A stretch of DNA of 64,000 nt from Eledone cirrhosa (GCA_964016885.1 OZ024741.1:213900001-213964000), one strand, 5' to 3'; shown: positions 41,000 through 56,691, numbered from the stretch's first letter. Translations and numbers: made by a program. Notes: generated by a model from the letters alone, not told the origin.

Positions 41000-42430
41000 T
41001 TAAGGTGTCGGTATTTAGTTACGAATTTATGGGATTTAGTTATGGTCCTTTACGTTCTGAGTTCAAATCCCGCCGAAGCTAGCTAGCTTTGCCTTTCATC
41101 CATACGGGGGTCCATCCTCAAGAATTGCTGGCCTTATGCCTATATAAGAAACCATTATTAAGGGCGGTGGACTGGCAGAATCGGTAGAGTCGGACACCAT
41201 GCTTTACAGCATAGAATTACGGTCCTTTACGGTCTGAGTTCAAATCCTGCCGAGGCTAGCTTTGCCTTTCATCCTTCCGGAGGCGATAAAATAAAGTATC
41301 AGTAATACACTGGCGGCGATTTAATTGACTTTACCTTTCCCTTCAAATTGCTGGCCTTGTGCCAAATTTAGAAATCATTATCATTATTGTTTTTGTTGTT
41401 AAGGCGTCGGCATTTAGTTAGAAGGTAAATGACGATAACTAAATACTATAAAATTGTGAGTTCAAATCCCACCGAGGCTGGCTTTGCCTTTCATCCTTAC
41501 GAGGTTCATTTAATCCCCATCCCCTAAAATTGCTGGCCTTTTGCTTAAATCAGAAACTATTATTAGGTGGATTGGCAGTATCGGTAGTGCGTCGGACAAC
41601 ATGCTTTGTGGTATAAAGTTGCATTCCTTTACGTTCTGAGTTCAAATCTCGCTGAGGTTAGCTTTGTCTTTCATCCTGACTGGGTGGTTAAAATAAAGTA
41701 CCAGTAATGCACTGGAGTCGATTTAATCGATTTTTCCCTCCCCAAAAATTATTGACCTTGTGCCTAAATTAGAAACCGTTATTATTATTAGAACGATGTA
41801 TTGACAGTACCGGTAGAGCGTCGGACACTATGCTTTGTGGTATAGAGTACGTCCGTTTACATCTTGATTTCAAATCCTGCCGAGGTTAGCTTAGCCTTTC
41901 ATCCTTTCGGGGTAAATAAAATGCAGTACCAGTTATGCACTGGTGTCGATATAATCGACATCCCCTCCCCCAAAATAAATCAGAAACCATTCTTAGTATT
42001 ATTATTAGAATATCTGGGCGGCGGATTGGCAGTATCGGTAGAGGGCCGGGCGCCATGCTTTGCAGCAAGGAGTTACGGTCCTTTATGGTCTGAATTCAAA
42101 TCCCGCCGAGGTTAACTTTGCCTTTCATCCTTACGGGGTCGATAAAATAAAGTACCAGTAATACACTGGGATAATTGCTGGCCTTGTGCTAAAAGTAGAA
42201 ACAAATATTAGAACATCTGCCACTGTTCTAACGATAATAGTAATGACTATATGTTTGCGGTATATATTTACGGGTCTGTACTTTCTGAGTTCAAACCCAA
42301 CCGAGGCTAACTTCTACATCCATCCAGGGTCAATGAAATATATCATTTAAAGACTTGGTTGGATTTGATCGACTCCCACAACCCCATCATAAAAAGGGAA
42401 ATGAATTCTTTTGTGCCAAAAATAGAAACA
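41000..42430 (+). mobile_element. Head-to-tail array of ~7 Meta-like SINEs
   Basis: Repeated GAGTTCAAATC, GCCTTTCATCC, GGCCTTGTGC..AGAAAC-(ATT)n modules. Confidence 0.9.
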
Positions 42431-43087
42431 TTAACATCTTGTTGTTGTTGTTGTCTTTGTTTTGTTTTGTTTCTTTATTCTCCAATGGTTGAATGACTGA
42501 TCTGTCTTGACAAAATATATAGAAGAGTGTGTGTGAATGTCTGTATAACTGTGCTTTTTTGAGGTTAGATATGTGTGCGTATGTTTGCGGCTGAGAGGGT
42601 GTGCGAGAGAGAGACTGTATATGAGGGAGAGAGACAGAGAGAAAGAGTTTGTGTGTGTGTGTCAGTGTATGTCTGTATGAGTGTGCGTTTGTGAGGTTAA
42701 GTGTGCATGCATATGTGTGTGAGGGGGGTGGGGGAGTGTGTGTGAGAGAGAGACTGCATATGAGAGAGAAAGAGCGAAAAAGAGTGTGTGTATGCATGTG
42801 TGTGAGTGTGCGTGTATGAAGCCTTGAAATGTGTTATCGGATATTTACGACACATTAGAAATGGCAAGCGGAAATTAAACCCCTTGCAAAAGACACCAAA
42901 GAGTGAAGTATTTTATATGGATTTGTCTCTCCTGGTAACAGCAACTACTGTAGATTTAGCAGCGAAGCGTAAGCGGCAGTGATCGGGGACCAAACACACA
43001 CATACACGTACATAGTCACACACGCTCACATACTTACACACACACACATATATGTATATATATATATACGTACACACACACACACAT

Positions 43088-43137
<50 letters not shown>

Positions 43138-43139
43138 GT

Positions 43140-43182
<43 letters not shown>

Positions 43183-43194
43183 CGTACACACACA

Positions 43195-43241
<47 letters not shown>

Positions 43242-43559
43242 ACACACATATATGTATGTATATATATATATATGACCATCCTTGTGCAATCATCTCCCCT
43301 AATAAGTATAGGGGAAGAGGAGGGAGGAACTTCTCCGTATTTCCGTATATAGTCGGAGAAAAAAATGAACAGTTCCAGCCTGAATCTTTTCTCTAGTTAT
43401 AGAAATACAATGTAGACAGGCGTACGGTCTCTTCCCCCTCTTTATCTTTCAGAATCCCCCCTATCTCTCATTCTCTCTTTCTCTCTCACACACTCACACA
43501 ATTCCCCTCTCTTTCACTCACACAATTCCCCCTCTCACTCTCAAAGTTTCCGATCTCTC

Positions 43560-44640
43560 TCTCACCCCCCCTCTCTCTCTCTCACAATTCCGCTCTCTCT
43601 CTCTCTCTCTCTCTTTCTCTCACACATGCATATCCTCTCTCTCTCTCTCTCCCTCATCTCTCGCAGTTCCTCTCGCTGTTTTTCTCCATCTCTCACAATT
43701 CCCCTCTCTCTCTCTCTACCTCTATCTCTCACAATTCCCCTCTCTCTCTCTCTACCTCCATCTCTCATAATTCCCCCTCTCTCTCTCTCTCTACCTCTAT
43801 CTCTCACAATCCCCCCCTCCCTCTCTCTCTCTACCTCTATCTCTCACAATTCCCCTCTCTCTCTCTCTACCTCTATCTCTCACAATTCCCCCCTCTCTCT
43901 CTCTACCTCTATCTCTCACAATCCCCCCCTCCCTCTCTCTCTCTACCTCTATCTCTCACAATTCCCCTCTCTCTCTCTCTACCTCTATCTCTCACAATCC
44001 CCCCCTCCCTCTCTCTCTCTACCTCTATCTCTCACAATTCCCCTCTCTCTCTCTCTACCTCTATCTCTCACAATTCCCCCCTCTCTCTCTCTACCGCTAT
44101 CTCTCACAATTCCCCTCTCTCTCTCTCTCTCTACCTCTATCTCTCACAATCCCCTCTCTCTCTCTACCTCTATCTCTCACAATTCCCCCTCTCTCTCTCT
44201 CTACCTCTATCTCTCACATTCCCCCCTCTCTCTCTCTACCTCTATCTCTCACAATTCCCCCCTCTCTCTCTCTACCTCCATCTCTCACAATTCCCCTCTC
44301 TCTCTCTACCTCTATCTCTCACATTCCCCCCTCTCTTTCTCTACCTCTATCTCTCACAATTCCCCTCTCTCTCTCTACCTCCATCTCTCACATTCCCCCT
44401 CTCTCTCACAATTCCCCTCCCTCTCTCGCTAGCTCTATCTCTCACATTCCCCCTCTCTCTACCTCTATCTCTCACAATTCCCCCCCTCTCTCTCTACCTC
44501 CATCTCTCACAATTACCCTCTCTCTCTCTACCTCCATCTCTCACATTCCCCCCTCTCTCTCTCTGCCTCTATCTCTCACAATCCCCCCCTCTCTCTACCT
44601 CTATCTCTCACAATCCCCCCCCCCTCTCTCTCCCTCTCAT
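43560..44640. repeat. CT-rich minisatellite (CTCTACCTCTATCTCTCACAATTCCCC..)n
   Basis: Direct repetition. Confidence 0.92.
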
Positions 44641-45310
44641 ACACTGGCACACACCTCCCGTGACACTCACCGTTCCTGTGTTCTCTACATAGTCACTTGA
44701 GCTGTGAGATGTACCAACAAAATCTCTCTCCTCCTGTCACACCATTCTGTCTTAGGGCTGGGAGATTCATATTAATAATCTATCTTGTGTATATGCATGT
44801 CTTTGTGTATATGTATATATGCAGTATGTATGTATATATGTAGTGTATATGCATATATGCAGTGTGTATGTATGTAGCTATATGCATGTGGCCAAATTGG
44901 CAGTGTTGTTAGTGTCGTTCTCTCTGCTCTTAATTCAAATCTTACCGATATCCTTTTTTACGTCCCTGCTTTCTGGGCGGATAAAGAATAACAACAACAA
45001 CAAAAAAAAAACAGAAATCCAGTGCTGGAGTTGTCCTCTCTCTCCTTCCAGGTGTCACATCATGGATGTCCTGCTGGGTCAAATCAGAGAAGGTCTAGAA
45101 GTGGCCTTGTATTTGTTCACAACCACATGAGTTCGTAAAACACTTAAGAGCAGTCATAACCCTAATGCAAAGGCGGGAGGTTCCAGGGGTTGCCTATGTT
45201 GATTTGCAACTACCTAAACACTAAGCAAAAATCATGACACACACTACCAGGTCATACTCAGTTGCAAATGGTGGCTGTATTCTTTATTTACTAGTTATAT
45301 GTTACTACCA

Positions 45311-45560
45311 GTGAAGGCGCATGGCTTAATGGTTAGAGCATTGGGCTTGCAATCGAAAGGTTGAGAGTTCAATTCTCCGACTGGGTGATGTGTTATTTCC
45401 TTGAGCAAGACACTTTATTTCACGTTTCTCCAGTTTACTCAGCTGTAGAAATGGGATGATAGGACTGGGGTCCCTATCATTAAATTACCCAAGACACCTC
45501 CAACGAGATATACCTTGGAGGAGGCCAGCTAAACCTGAATCTGTGTGAGCTGTCACACAT
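45311..45560 (+). mobile_element. CORE-like SINE
   Basis: Near-identical to 22521-22770. Confidence 0.9.
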
Positions 45561-46120
45561 CACTTCGATGTCAGAATTTGCAGATCCCGGATGAGTATCT
45601 TGCCATAGATAGATAGAACAGTCAAGAAGGAAAACAACACGATAGAACTACAATACAACGATGATATATATATACTTTAACGCTAGATCTTGTAGAAAAA
45701 GAGTCCCAACGTTTCGGACCTTACTCCGTCATCGGTAGATAGAATGGGAGACAGAGGAAAAATAGAAAGATAACCGAGAATAACAGAATAGGAATTTTTC
45801 TTCATGGAGAAAGACGTGTGTAGTTAGTCAGCCATTTGGAAAATTATATATATATATATATTCTTTCTCTTACATATATATAAGAGAGAAAGTTAAAAGG
45901 TATATTTCCTACTGAGAATCCGTTCAATGCAAATAGATGTTCTCAGGTTTCCTCGAGAAAGTGTGTTTGTGTGTGTATGTAAGTATATATATATATATAT
46001 ATATACAGAGACTTCCTGAGTGCTCCATTCTCTTTCTTCCAGAAGTTCCTTGAAACGGCAGAGTTCACCAAGAGTTCAAACTCGCCACAACATTTTGGAA
46101 CGGAACAAAGGGTATATGCT

Positions 46121-46158
<38 letters not shown>

Positions 46159-46362
46159 TATGCACGCAAGTACATATGCCAATGGGTACACACATGCAAG
46201 TAACATGTTATTATATATTGATGTATATATATGTATAGACACGTGTGCATTATGTCTATGTATATTTAGTTAAATGATGGTGTAATGCAAACAAGTACAT
46301 ACACTAAAACAAACATACACTAACATAGTCCATTATAACAAAATACACACACAGACACAGAC

Positions 46363-46395
<33 letters not shown>

Positions 46396-46547
46396 TACAC
46401 CCACATACACTCATACACACACAGACACACACACAGCTATACACACACACTTACACTCATACATACACACACGCACGTTCATTAATATTTCTCCTCTTAG
46501 CAATTTATATTGCAAATATTTCCAGGTTTCTTTTTCTCTCTTACAAT

Positions 46548-46619
<72 letters not shown>

Positions 46620-46660
46620 GCTCTCCCCCTCTCTTTCTTTCTGCCTCTCCACTCTGATTG

Positions 46661-46754
<94 letters not shown>

Positions 46755-46925
46755 TCTGATACTCTTCTCTCTCTCTCTCTCACTTCTCTCGCCTTTGATT
46801 CTCTCCTCTCACTCCACTCTCTCTCTCTCTCTCACTCCTCACTCTTTCACTTTTCTCTCTCTCTCTCTCTCATTTCTCTCTTTTTTCACTCTCTCTGTTA
46901 CGCAAATACTCATAATCTTCTTGTC

Positions 46926-46991
<66 letters not shown>

Positions 46992-47465
46992 ACACATACA
47001 CACACACCTTGCCAATATCCCTAACTACATTTTCTACATCCATCATGACACCTTTATAAACCACCGCCATAAAGAAACCATTCCACGCACTACCTCCCTC
47101 TATCCCTCTCAAACATCCCCCTCCAATTCACCAATGAAAATCATTTATTTCAGCGCGTCATTTGGTTTTCGTTATTTTTTCCTACAATTTGCGGCGACGT
47201 TGGGTGAGATGTAGGTGAGGTAGGGCTAGAGTTGTAAGTGTGGGTGAAGTAGAGTGAGGTGTGGGTGAAATATGGGTAGGGCTAGGGGTGGGGGTTGGGT
47301 AGGGCCAGGGGTGGGGTGGGCTGTTAGGTCCCCTTTTTTTCCTCTTCATTTCATGTCATATATTTGTTTCGTTTTTATATATAAATTTACATTTCAATTA
47401 TAGGGTGGTTATTTATACACGCGTGCGCACATTCACTCGTGTTTGTGTGTGCATATATATATATG

Positions 47466-47574
<109 letters not shown>

Positions 47575-48699
47575 GTCTGTGTGTGTGTATATATATATAT
47601 ATGTCTATATGTGTGTGTGTGTGTCTGTGTGTGTCTATATATACAATATATGTCTATATATGTATTATAAGAAACCAATATATGTCTATATGTATATATG
47701 TGCGTGTGTTAGTGTGTGTGTATTTATATGAGAATATATATGTATGTATATATATGTTTGTGTGTGTATTTATATGAGAATATATATGTATGTATATATA
47801 TGTTTGTGTGTGTATATATATATGAGAATATATATGCTTGTATGTGTATATATATATGAGAATATATATGTTTGTATGTGTATATATATATAAGAATATA
47901 TATATGTGTGTATGCACACATATATATATATATATATATATAGGTATGTGTGCATGTCTGTATATGTATAACACTATGATTGTACGTCTGTTGGTTTTGC
48001 TTATGACTTTAATCAATAAGATGTCGGCCATGTTTAACAACGACCAAACTAGAAGACAGCAATGATTGAGTTGTTAGTCTGTCACATACCCCCTAATGAT
48101 TGTGACAGCAGTGGTCATAGTGAGGGTGGTAGTAGTGATGATAGTGGTCATGATAATGATGGTGGTGGTGGTGGTGGTGGTAGTAGTCATAATAAGGATG
48201 GTGGTGGTGGAAGTAGTGGAGGTAGTGGTCTTAATAATGATGGCGGTAGTGGTGGTGGTGCTACTTGCGGTGGTGGTGGTGGTAGTAGTAGTGGTCATAA
48301 TAGTGATGGTGGTGGTTGTGGTGGTGGTAGTAGTAGTAGTGGTGGTCATAACAGTGATGGTGTTAGTGGTGGTAGTGGTCATAATGGTAATGGTGGTGGT
48401 GGTGTGGTAGTTGTGCTGGTAGTAGTAGTGGTCATAATAGTAATGTGTGGTGGTAGTGGTCATAATAATGATAGTGGTAGTGGTGGTAGTGGTCAACATA
48501 GTGATGGTGGTGGTGGTAGTGGTCATAATAACGATGGTAATGGTGGTAATGGTGGTAATGGTGGTGGTGGAGGTAGTAGTGGTGGTGGTGGTGGTGGTGG
48601 CGATTTTTATGGTAGTATCCTATTTGTATTTGTAGTGGTGGTCATTTTGGTAGTGTTTATTATATAGTACCAGTGGTAATAGAAGTGGTGTTGGTGGTC

Positions 48700-49095
48700 A
48701 CAGTAGTGGTGTTGTTAGTGGTGATGGTGGTCATAGTGGTCATAGTAGTGGTGTTGGTAGTGGTGATGGTGGTCATAGTGGTCATAGTAGTGGTGTTGGT
48801 AGTGGTGATGGTGGTCATAGTGGTCATAGTAGTGGTGTTAGTAGTGGTGATGGTGGTCATAGTGGTCATAGTAGTGGTGTTAGTAGTGGTGATGGTGGTC
48901 ATAGTGGTCATAGTAGTGGTGTTAGTAGTGGTGATGGTGGTCATAGTGGTCACAGTAGTGGTGTTGTTAGTGGTGATGGTGGTCATAGTGGTCATAGTAG
49001 TGGTGTTAGTAGTGGTGATGGTGGTCATAGTGGTCATAGTAGTGGTGTTAGTAGTGGTGATGGTGGTCATAGTGGTCATAGTAGTGGTGTTGGTA
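48700..49095. repeat. 42-bp minisatellite
   Basis: GTGATGGTGG at 48721, 48763... Confidence 0.92.
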
Positions 49096-49149
49096 GTGAC
49101 GATGTTGGTACCGTTATGGTGGTAGTGTTTGTGATAGTAGTAGTGTTAT

Positions 49150-49180
<31 letters not shown>

Positions 49181-49664
49181 AGTGGTGGTGGTGGTATTGG
49201 TGTTTGTGGTAGTAGTAGTAGTAGTAGTAGTAGTGGTTGTAGTAGTAGTGGTAGTGGTGGTGGTGGTAGTGGTGCTGGTGCTAGTAGATGTAGGTTTGTG
49301 CAATAAGTGCTGATATAAATCTGAACATCATCATCAACATCATCATAACCATCTTCACACATCATCATCATCACCGCCATTAACGTCATCATTAACGTCA
49401 CCATGAACATCATTATTATTGTCCTCAACGTCATCACCATTAACGTCATCCTAGACAGTCATCATCATCATCGTTATCATCATCATAACAACCACATCAC
49501 CACCAGCATAATTATCATCACGATATTTCCGCCACCATCTCCACCACCATCACCGCCACCATCTACACCACCATCATCATAACCACCATCACCGCCACCA
49601 TCTCAACCATCACCATCACCGCCACCATCAACGCCACCATCTCCACTACCATCATCATTACCAT

Positions 49665-50060
49665 GTGGTGTAGTGGTTGTGATGTTAGTGGTGTAGTGGT
49701 CGTGGTGTTGGTGGTGTAGTGGTTGTGATGTTAGTGGTGTAGTGGTTATGATGTTGGTGGTGTAGAGGTTGTGGTGTTGGTCGTGTAGTGGTTGTGATGT
49801 TGGTGGTGTAGTAGTTGTGGTGTTGGTCGTGTAGTGGTTGTGATGTTGGTGGTGTAGTAGTTGTGGTGTTGGTCGTGTAGTGGTTGTGATGTTAGTGGTG
49901 TAGTGGTTGTGATGTTGGTGGTGTAGCGGTTGTGATGTTAGTGGTGTAGTGGTTGTGGTGTTGGTGGTGTAGTGGTTGTGATGTTAGTGGTGTAGCGGTT
50001 GTGATGTTGGTGGTGTAGTGGTTCTTGTCTTGATGGTGTAGTGGTTGAGGTGTTGATGGT
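49665..50060. repeat. 23-bp minisatellite (GTGTAGTGGTTGTGATGTTRGTG)n
   Basis: Direct repetition. Confidence 0.92.
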
Positions 50061-50234
50061 GTAGTCACTGTAGTATGGATGGTGGTAGTAGGTGTGGTGT
50101 ATGGTGCTAGTTAGTGGTAGTTGTGGTGGTGAGGTGGTGGTTCTGATGGTGAGGTGATGGTTGTGATGGTGAGGTGGTAGTTATGTGGGTGATGGTATGG
50201 TGGTTGAGGTGTTGATGGTGTGGTGGATCTGGTG

Positions 50235-50808
50235 TTCGAGTAGTGACTGTAGTATGGGAGGTGGTAGTAGGTGTGGTGTCTGGCGCTAGTCAGTGGTAGT
50301 GGTGATGGCGGTGGTGTGGTGGTTGTGGTGTTGATGGAGTAGTGACTGTAGTATGGGAGGTGGTAGCAGGTGTGGTGTCTGGTGCCAGTCAGTGGTAGTG
50401 GTGATGGTGGTGATGGTGGTGTGGTGGTTGTGGTGTTGATGGAGTAGTGACTGTAGTATGGGAGGTGGTAGTAGGTGTGGTGTCTGGTGCCAGTCAGTGG
50501 TAGTGGTGATGGCGGTGGTGTGGTGTTTGTGGTGTTGATGGAGTAGTGACTGTAGTATGGGAGGTGGTAGTAGGTGTGGTGTCTGGCGCTAGTCAGTGGT
50601 AGTGGTGATGGCGGTGGTGGTGTGGTGGTTGTGGTGTTGATGGAGTAGTGACTGTAGTATGGGAGGTGGTAGTAGGTGTGGTGTCTGGCGCTAGTCAGTG
50701 GTAATGGTGATGGCGGTGGTGGTGTGGTGGTTGTGGTGTTGATGGAGTAGTGACTGTAGTATGGGAGGTGGTAGTAAGTGTGGTGTCTGGCGCTAGTCAG
50801 TGGTAATG
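50235..50808. repeat. ~100-bp tandem repeat x6
   Basis: GAGTAGTGACTGTAGTATGGGAGG recurs every 99-105 bp. Confidence 0.92.
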
Positions 50809-51484
50809 AGGGGACAGAACCCAACGTAAAGGTCCTGATTAATTACCATTCCACCATTTCTATAATCCACCAGATTTTGTATATTTTTTATATTTCATTT
50901 GTTTTTATTTGACTTCTCTTTATAGATGTTTTATTTCCTATTTTTTTTCTTCTGATTTTCTCTTCTTCCTTCGTTATCCAGCAATGTCTCATTACCATGG
51001 TGGTGGTGGTGTTGGTGGTGGTGGTGGTGGTGGGCGGTGGTTGTGGTGGTGATGGTGAGCGGTGGTGGTGGTGGCGGTGGTGGCTGTGGTGGTGGTGGTG
51101 GCGGTGTTAACGCTGATGGTAGTAGTGTTAGCCGTGGTGATGGTGTTGGTAGTTTGGTGGTATGGTGACAGCTGTAATGTTAGCGGTGGTGGTGATGAAT
51201 GTCTAAACTGTGGTGGTGGTTGTAGTGTTAACGGTGGTGATGGTAATGGTAATGGTGGTGATGGTGATGGTAATGGTGGTGATGGTGTTGGTGGTGGTGA
51301 TGGTGGTGGTGATGGTGGTGACGATGTTGTAGCTGTATATAGAATGTTATCAGCTTTGATACTAATGACGATGTTGATGATGATGATGATGTGGCGGTCT
51401 ATTTTGATGATGATGATGATGATGGTTGTGGTGACGTCAGTGTGGATGGTGATGATGATGAGGCGGGGGTTTACTTTGATAATC

Positions 51485-51520
<36 letters not shown>

Positions 51521-51849
51521 GCAGTGGTGACGTCAGTGGTGGTGGTGAGTGGCGGTGATGATGATGATTATTGTGGTGGTGGTGATGTCGTGAACAATAT
51601 CGGGAGGCTGACTGCACAGTAGGTCAATATCTCGTCATTTTCCACTCTGTTGGTTTGGTGCTGGAGAGAGACGTTGGGAGTGGGGGCTATTGGGGTGACG
51701 TGTCACCCTCTACCACTGGCTGCTGACACCCCAATCCACCCATCTCTGAGCTCACATTTATTATACATACCAACACCACCACCACCATCATCACAACTGT
51801 CACACTAGTTGACATCACAACCCACCTCACCGCTACATACCACTATCAG

Positions 51850-52735
51850 CAACATCACCACAACCTCCACCTCCAACAACACCGCCATCACCAGAGCCTC
51901 CACCTCCGACAACACCGCCATCACTACAACCTCCACCTCCAATAACACCGCCATCACCACAACCGCCACCTCCAACAATACCACCATCACCACAACCTCC
52001 ACCTCCAACAACACCGCCATCACCGCAACCTCCACCTCCAACAACACCGCCATCACCACAAACTCCACCTCCAACAACACCGCCATCACCACAAACTCCA
52101 CCTCCAACAACACCGCCATCACCACAACCTCCACCTCCAACAACACCGCCATCACCACAACCGCCACCTCCAACAATACCGCCATCACCACAACCTCCAC
52201 CTCCAACAACACCGCCATCACCACAACCGCCACCTCCAACAATACCGCCATCACCACAACCTCCACCTCCAACAACACCGCCATCACCACAACCGCCACC
52301 TCCAACAATACCGCCATCACCACAAACTCCACCACAAACTCCACCTCCAACAACACCGCCATCACCACAACCTCCACCTCCAACAACACCGCCATCACCA
52401 CAACCGCCACCTCCAACAATACCGCCATCACCACAACCTCCACCTCCAACAACACCGCCATCACCACAACCGCCACCTCCAACAACACCGCCATCACCGC
52501 AACCTCCACCTCCAACAATACCGCCTTCACCGCAACCTCCACCTCCAACAACACCGCCATCACCACAAACTCCACCTCCAACAACACAACCATCACCACA
52601 ACCTCCACCTCCAACAATACCGCCATCACCGCAACCTCCACCTCCAACAACACCGCCTTCACCACAACCTCCACCTCCAACAACACCGCCTTCACCACAA
52701 CCTCCACCTCCCAAAACACCACCTTCACCAGCAAC
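51850..52735. repeat. 33-bp minisatellite
   Basis: ACCTCCAACAACACCGCCATCACCACAACCTCC units. Confidence 0.95.
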
Positions 52736-53011
52736 ACCTAAAATTTCAAAAGCACAATCACCACCAACACCCCTACGTCCATCATAGTACCACTGACTGA
52801 CCCCATAATACACATCACCCCCACCACAACCTTCTCTTCTATTTAAATAGTGAGGGTAGAGTGGTCGGTGGGTGGGGTGGGGGAGACTATATTTATTGAT
52901 ATTTCATTTATTTTCCAATCAATATAATAAAGGACAGTGAATTGAGTACAAACTAACAAGCAAAGCATAACACTTAACAGAGGACCACACACGTTTGTGT
53001 ATGATTGGGTG

Positions 53012-53044
<33 letters not shown>

Positions 53045-53322
53045 TTTATAAATATATAAATGAAAAGTATAGAAATTATTGTAGCAAGAAGCGAACAGTA
53101 TTCTATAATATATAATGGACAAATAGTTAACGTAAGATGTGGGAAAATAATTCAAACTCGATCCAAAAAAAATCAGGACATAGATTCATCCACAGAATTT
53201 GGTGAAATCCAGGGAAAAATCAATAGAGCCTTAACTCAGAATAAAATAAAGTTTAAAATACTCATCCTTCAATTTGGAAAAAACTACAAATGCTCTGTAT
53301 AGTCTTAAAAAAGACTATTTCA

Positions 53323-53384
<62 letters not shown>

Positions 53385-53391
53385 AGTGTAA

Positions 53392-53712
53392 AGACCCCTT
53401 TCAGTCATGAATGACCGTGGGAATTGCCCCTAGAAAGTTCTTTTCCGAATCACAATTCTGGACAAATTTGTTATCCATACATTATTCTAGTCTCCCCACT
53501 CCATGACACCGATTTTGTCCAACGCAATGGCCGATATAGCTTGGCACCAGTGATGTCGCAGCTCACTGGTGATGTCGCTGCTGAGTGAACTGGAGCAGCG
53601 TGAAATAAAGTGGGTTGATCAAGAACGCAACACAAAGCCCAGTCCGAGAATCGAACTCACGACCTCACGATTGCACACCTGACGCTCTAACCACTAAGCT
53701 ATGTCCCTTCAC
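53392..53712 (-). mobile_element. CORE-like SINE, different 3' tail
   Basis: tRNA head (CTCTAACCACTAAGC, GAATCGAACTC) and GTGAAATAAAGTG core. Confidence 0.75.
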
Positions 53713-54061
53713 TTATGTATATATATCCCTACACATAAATATTCTTTCAAGATAAATACGACAAACATGGTGATACAATAACACAGTGTTATTAGTTTCA
53801 TTCATGTTGGAAATGGAAAATATATGTTTTAACGTATCGAACGTTAGTCCTTCAACAGGATAGAGCAAAGTTCGGAGAAAAAGGAGGTTGGATGCTGGTG
53901 GAAGAAAAAGTGAGAGAGGAAAGAGGCTTTATCAGGATAGTCGAGGAGGGCTGGCAAGTAGCTTGGTGTGTGTGTGGGAGGGGTGTATCAGTCTAGGCGG
54001 AGTGTCTGAGCTTATCATTGCCAATCGCGCGCGCCCGTGTGTGTGTACAGTATATATATCG

Positions 54062-54282
54062 TCAGTCGATTGACTTTTGTCAAATCGGACCGAGGAAACA
54101 ATGTTTCCGTTGGTCTTTCTAATTGCTAATATTATCTATCGGTCGCAACTCCAGGTTGAAAGGAGCAACGTGAAATAAAGTGTCTTGCCCAAGGACATAA
54201 TGCATCGCCCGGTCCGGGAATCGAACTCACAACTTCCCGATTGCGAATCCAATTCTCTAACCACTCAGCCATGCGCCTCCAC
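54062..54282 (-). mobile_element. CORE-like SINE
   Basis: Homologous to 30296-30526. Confidence 0.88.
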
Positions 54283-56130
54283 TATATATATATATATTTC
54301 ACAGTATATATATACTTGTATTTATACATATATATGTATATACATTTAAATACATACATGCATACATATATATATATATGTGTGTGTCTGTGGAACGAGA
54401 TGAAAGTTTGAAAGCCCTCTGTTAAACAATATTTGTACAATGTCAAGATGTAGAATTTGGCTAGGATTCTAAGAAAATGGTAAATTTTTGCATGTTTTTA
54501 ACTACGTGATTCCCTTCTTCTCTGTTCTACATCAATATGAATATAATATATAAATTTGGATGTGTATACGTAATGTATATCTGTATGTATGCAATGTGTG
54601 TGTAATACATATGTTTTATATATAAGTGTGTTTATGTGTAATGTGTGCAATATGTTTATGCTATATATATAGTATGTATGTGTGAGAGTGTGTGCATATA
54701 TATAATGTGTATGTAATACCTATAGTTATATGTATGCATGATTGTCTGTGTAATCAACCATATATATACATACACATGTATACACATACGTATTACATAC
54801 ACTTTTCCATACATACACATTACATACATGCACACACATATATATAGAATAAATTTGTGTGATATATACATATATATGTGTGTGTGTATGTTATATACAT
54901 GTGTGTGTGCGTGCGTGTTATATACATATGTGTGTGTGTGTTATATACATGCGTGTGTATTGTATGTGTGAATCTGTCAGTATTCCTGGAGGTCCCTTAT
55001 TATATATTTTTTCAAGAATGGCTATTCCTGTTTCTGGCAGACACTCAAACGAAACAACCACCTTTGTTATGTTTTGGTTTTTCCTTTGTCCGTCCTTAGC
55101 TCCACCACTACCACCACCACCACCACCACCACCACCTCCAACTTCATCTCTCAACAACACTACAGCCAGCAGCACCCCCACCGCCACTCCAGTCAACACG
55201 ACCTCCAGCACAACCATAGCCATCACGACCATCAACGCCAATACCACAACCATACTATTTCACAGCAACGCTACCACCACCACCACCACCACCACCACCA
55301 CCACCACCACCACAATCATCACCACAACTACCACCACCACCACCACCACCACCACCACCACAATCATCACCACCAGCACCACCACCACAATCATCACCAC
55401 TCTCTCCACCACCACCACCACATTCATCACCACCACCAGCATCACCACCACCACAATCATCACCGCCACCACAATCATCATCACCACCACCACCACCACA
55501 ATCATCACCACAACAACCACCACCACCATCACCACCACCACCACCACATTCATCACCACCACAAACCACCACCACCACCACAATCATCACCACCACCACC
55601 ACAATCATCACCATAACCACCACCACCACCACCACAATCATCACCACCACCATCACCACCACCACAACAACCACCACCACCATCACCACCACCACCACCA
55701 CAACCCCCACCACCACAAACCACCACCACCACCACAATCATCACCACCACCACCACAATCATCACCATAACCACCACCACCACCATCACCACCACCACCA
55801 CAACCACCACAACCACCACCACCACAATCACCACCACCACCATCACCACCACCGCCACCACCACCACCACCACAACCACCACCACCTCAGTATATTTCTT
55901 CCTCTATATCTTCCAATATAACATCTGTTCTTTACTATCTCTGTTTAAACATAGTTCCCACCATTTTTCTTCTTCTCCCCCTCTATCATCCCACTCTCTC
56001 TCTCTTCCTCTCTCTCTCTCTTCCCTCTCTCTCTCTCTCTTACTTCCCTTCTCTCTGACTCTATCCATCTCTCAGTCATATGTATATGACTGATAGATGT
56101 ATAGATTGTATCTGTGTGCGTGTATATATC

Positions 56131-56189
<59 letters not shown>

Positions 56190-56222
56190 CTGAGAGATGG
56201 ATAGATTGTATCTGTGTGTGTG

Positions 56223-56283
<61 letters not shown>

Positions 56284-56480
56284 GACTGAGAGATGGATAG
56301 ATTGTATGTGTGTGTGTGTGTATATATATATATGTATATATACATTCATACATACATGTAGGTATGTATGAGCTTCTTCCGTGACTTTTAACTACTTCCT
56401 GACTTGTCCGTAATCTGTTTGTATATATACACACGCACTCAGACACATATATATGTATATATATATATGTTTATATATGC

Positions 56481-56511
<31 letters not shown>

Positions 56512-56541
56512 TGTATGTATGTATGTATGTATGTATGTACG

Positions 56542-56604
<63 letters not shown>

Positions 56605-56659
56605 GTATGTATATGCATACATATATATTTATATATATATATATATGTGTATGTATGTA

Positions 56660-56691
<32 letters not shown>

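Noticed and set aside
45035-45130. Possible exon after CTCTCTCTCCTTCCAG acceptor
   Set aside because: No recognisable protein or convincing donor; cannot support without RNA data
51590-51672. Possible minus-strand exon after TCTCTCTCCAG
   Set aside because: Short, no homology recognised, runs into simple repeat
51805-52813. 310-aa TSNNTAITT mucin-like ORF
   Set aside because: 33-bp minisatellite, open on both strands, no signal peptide or flanking exons
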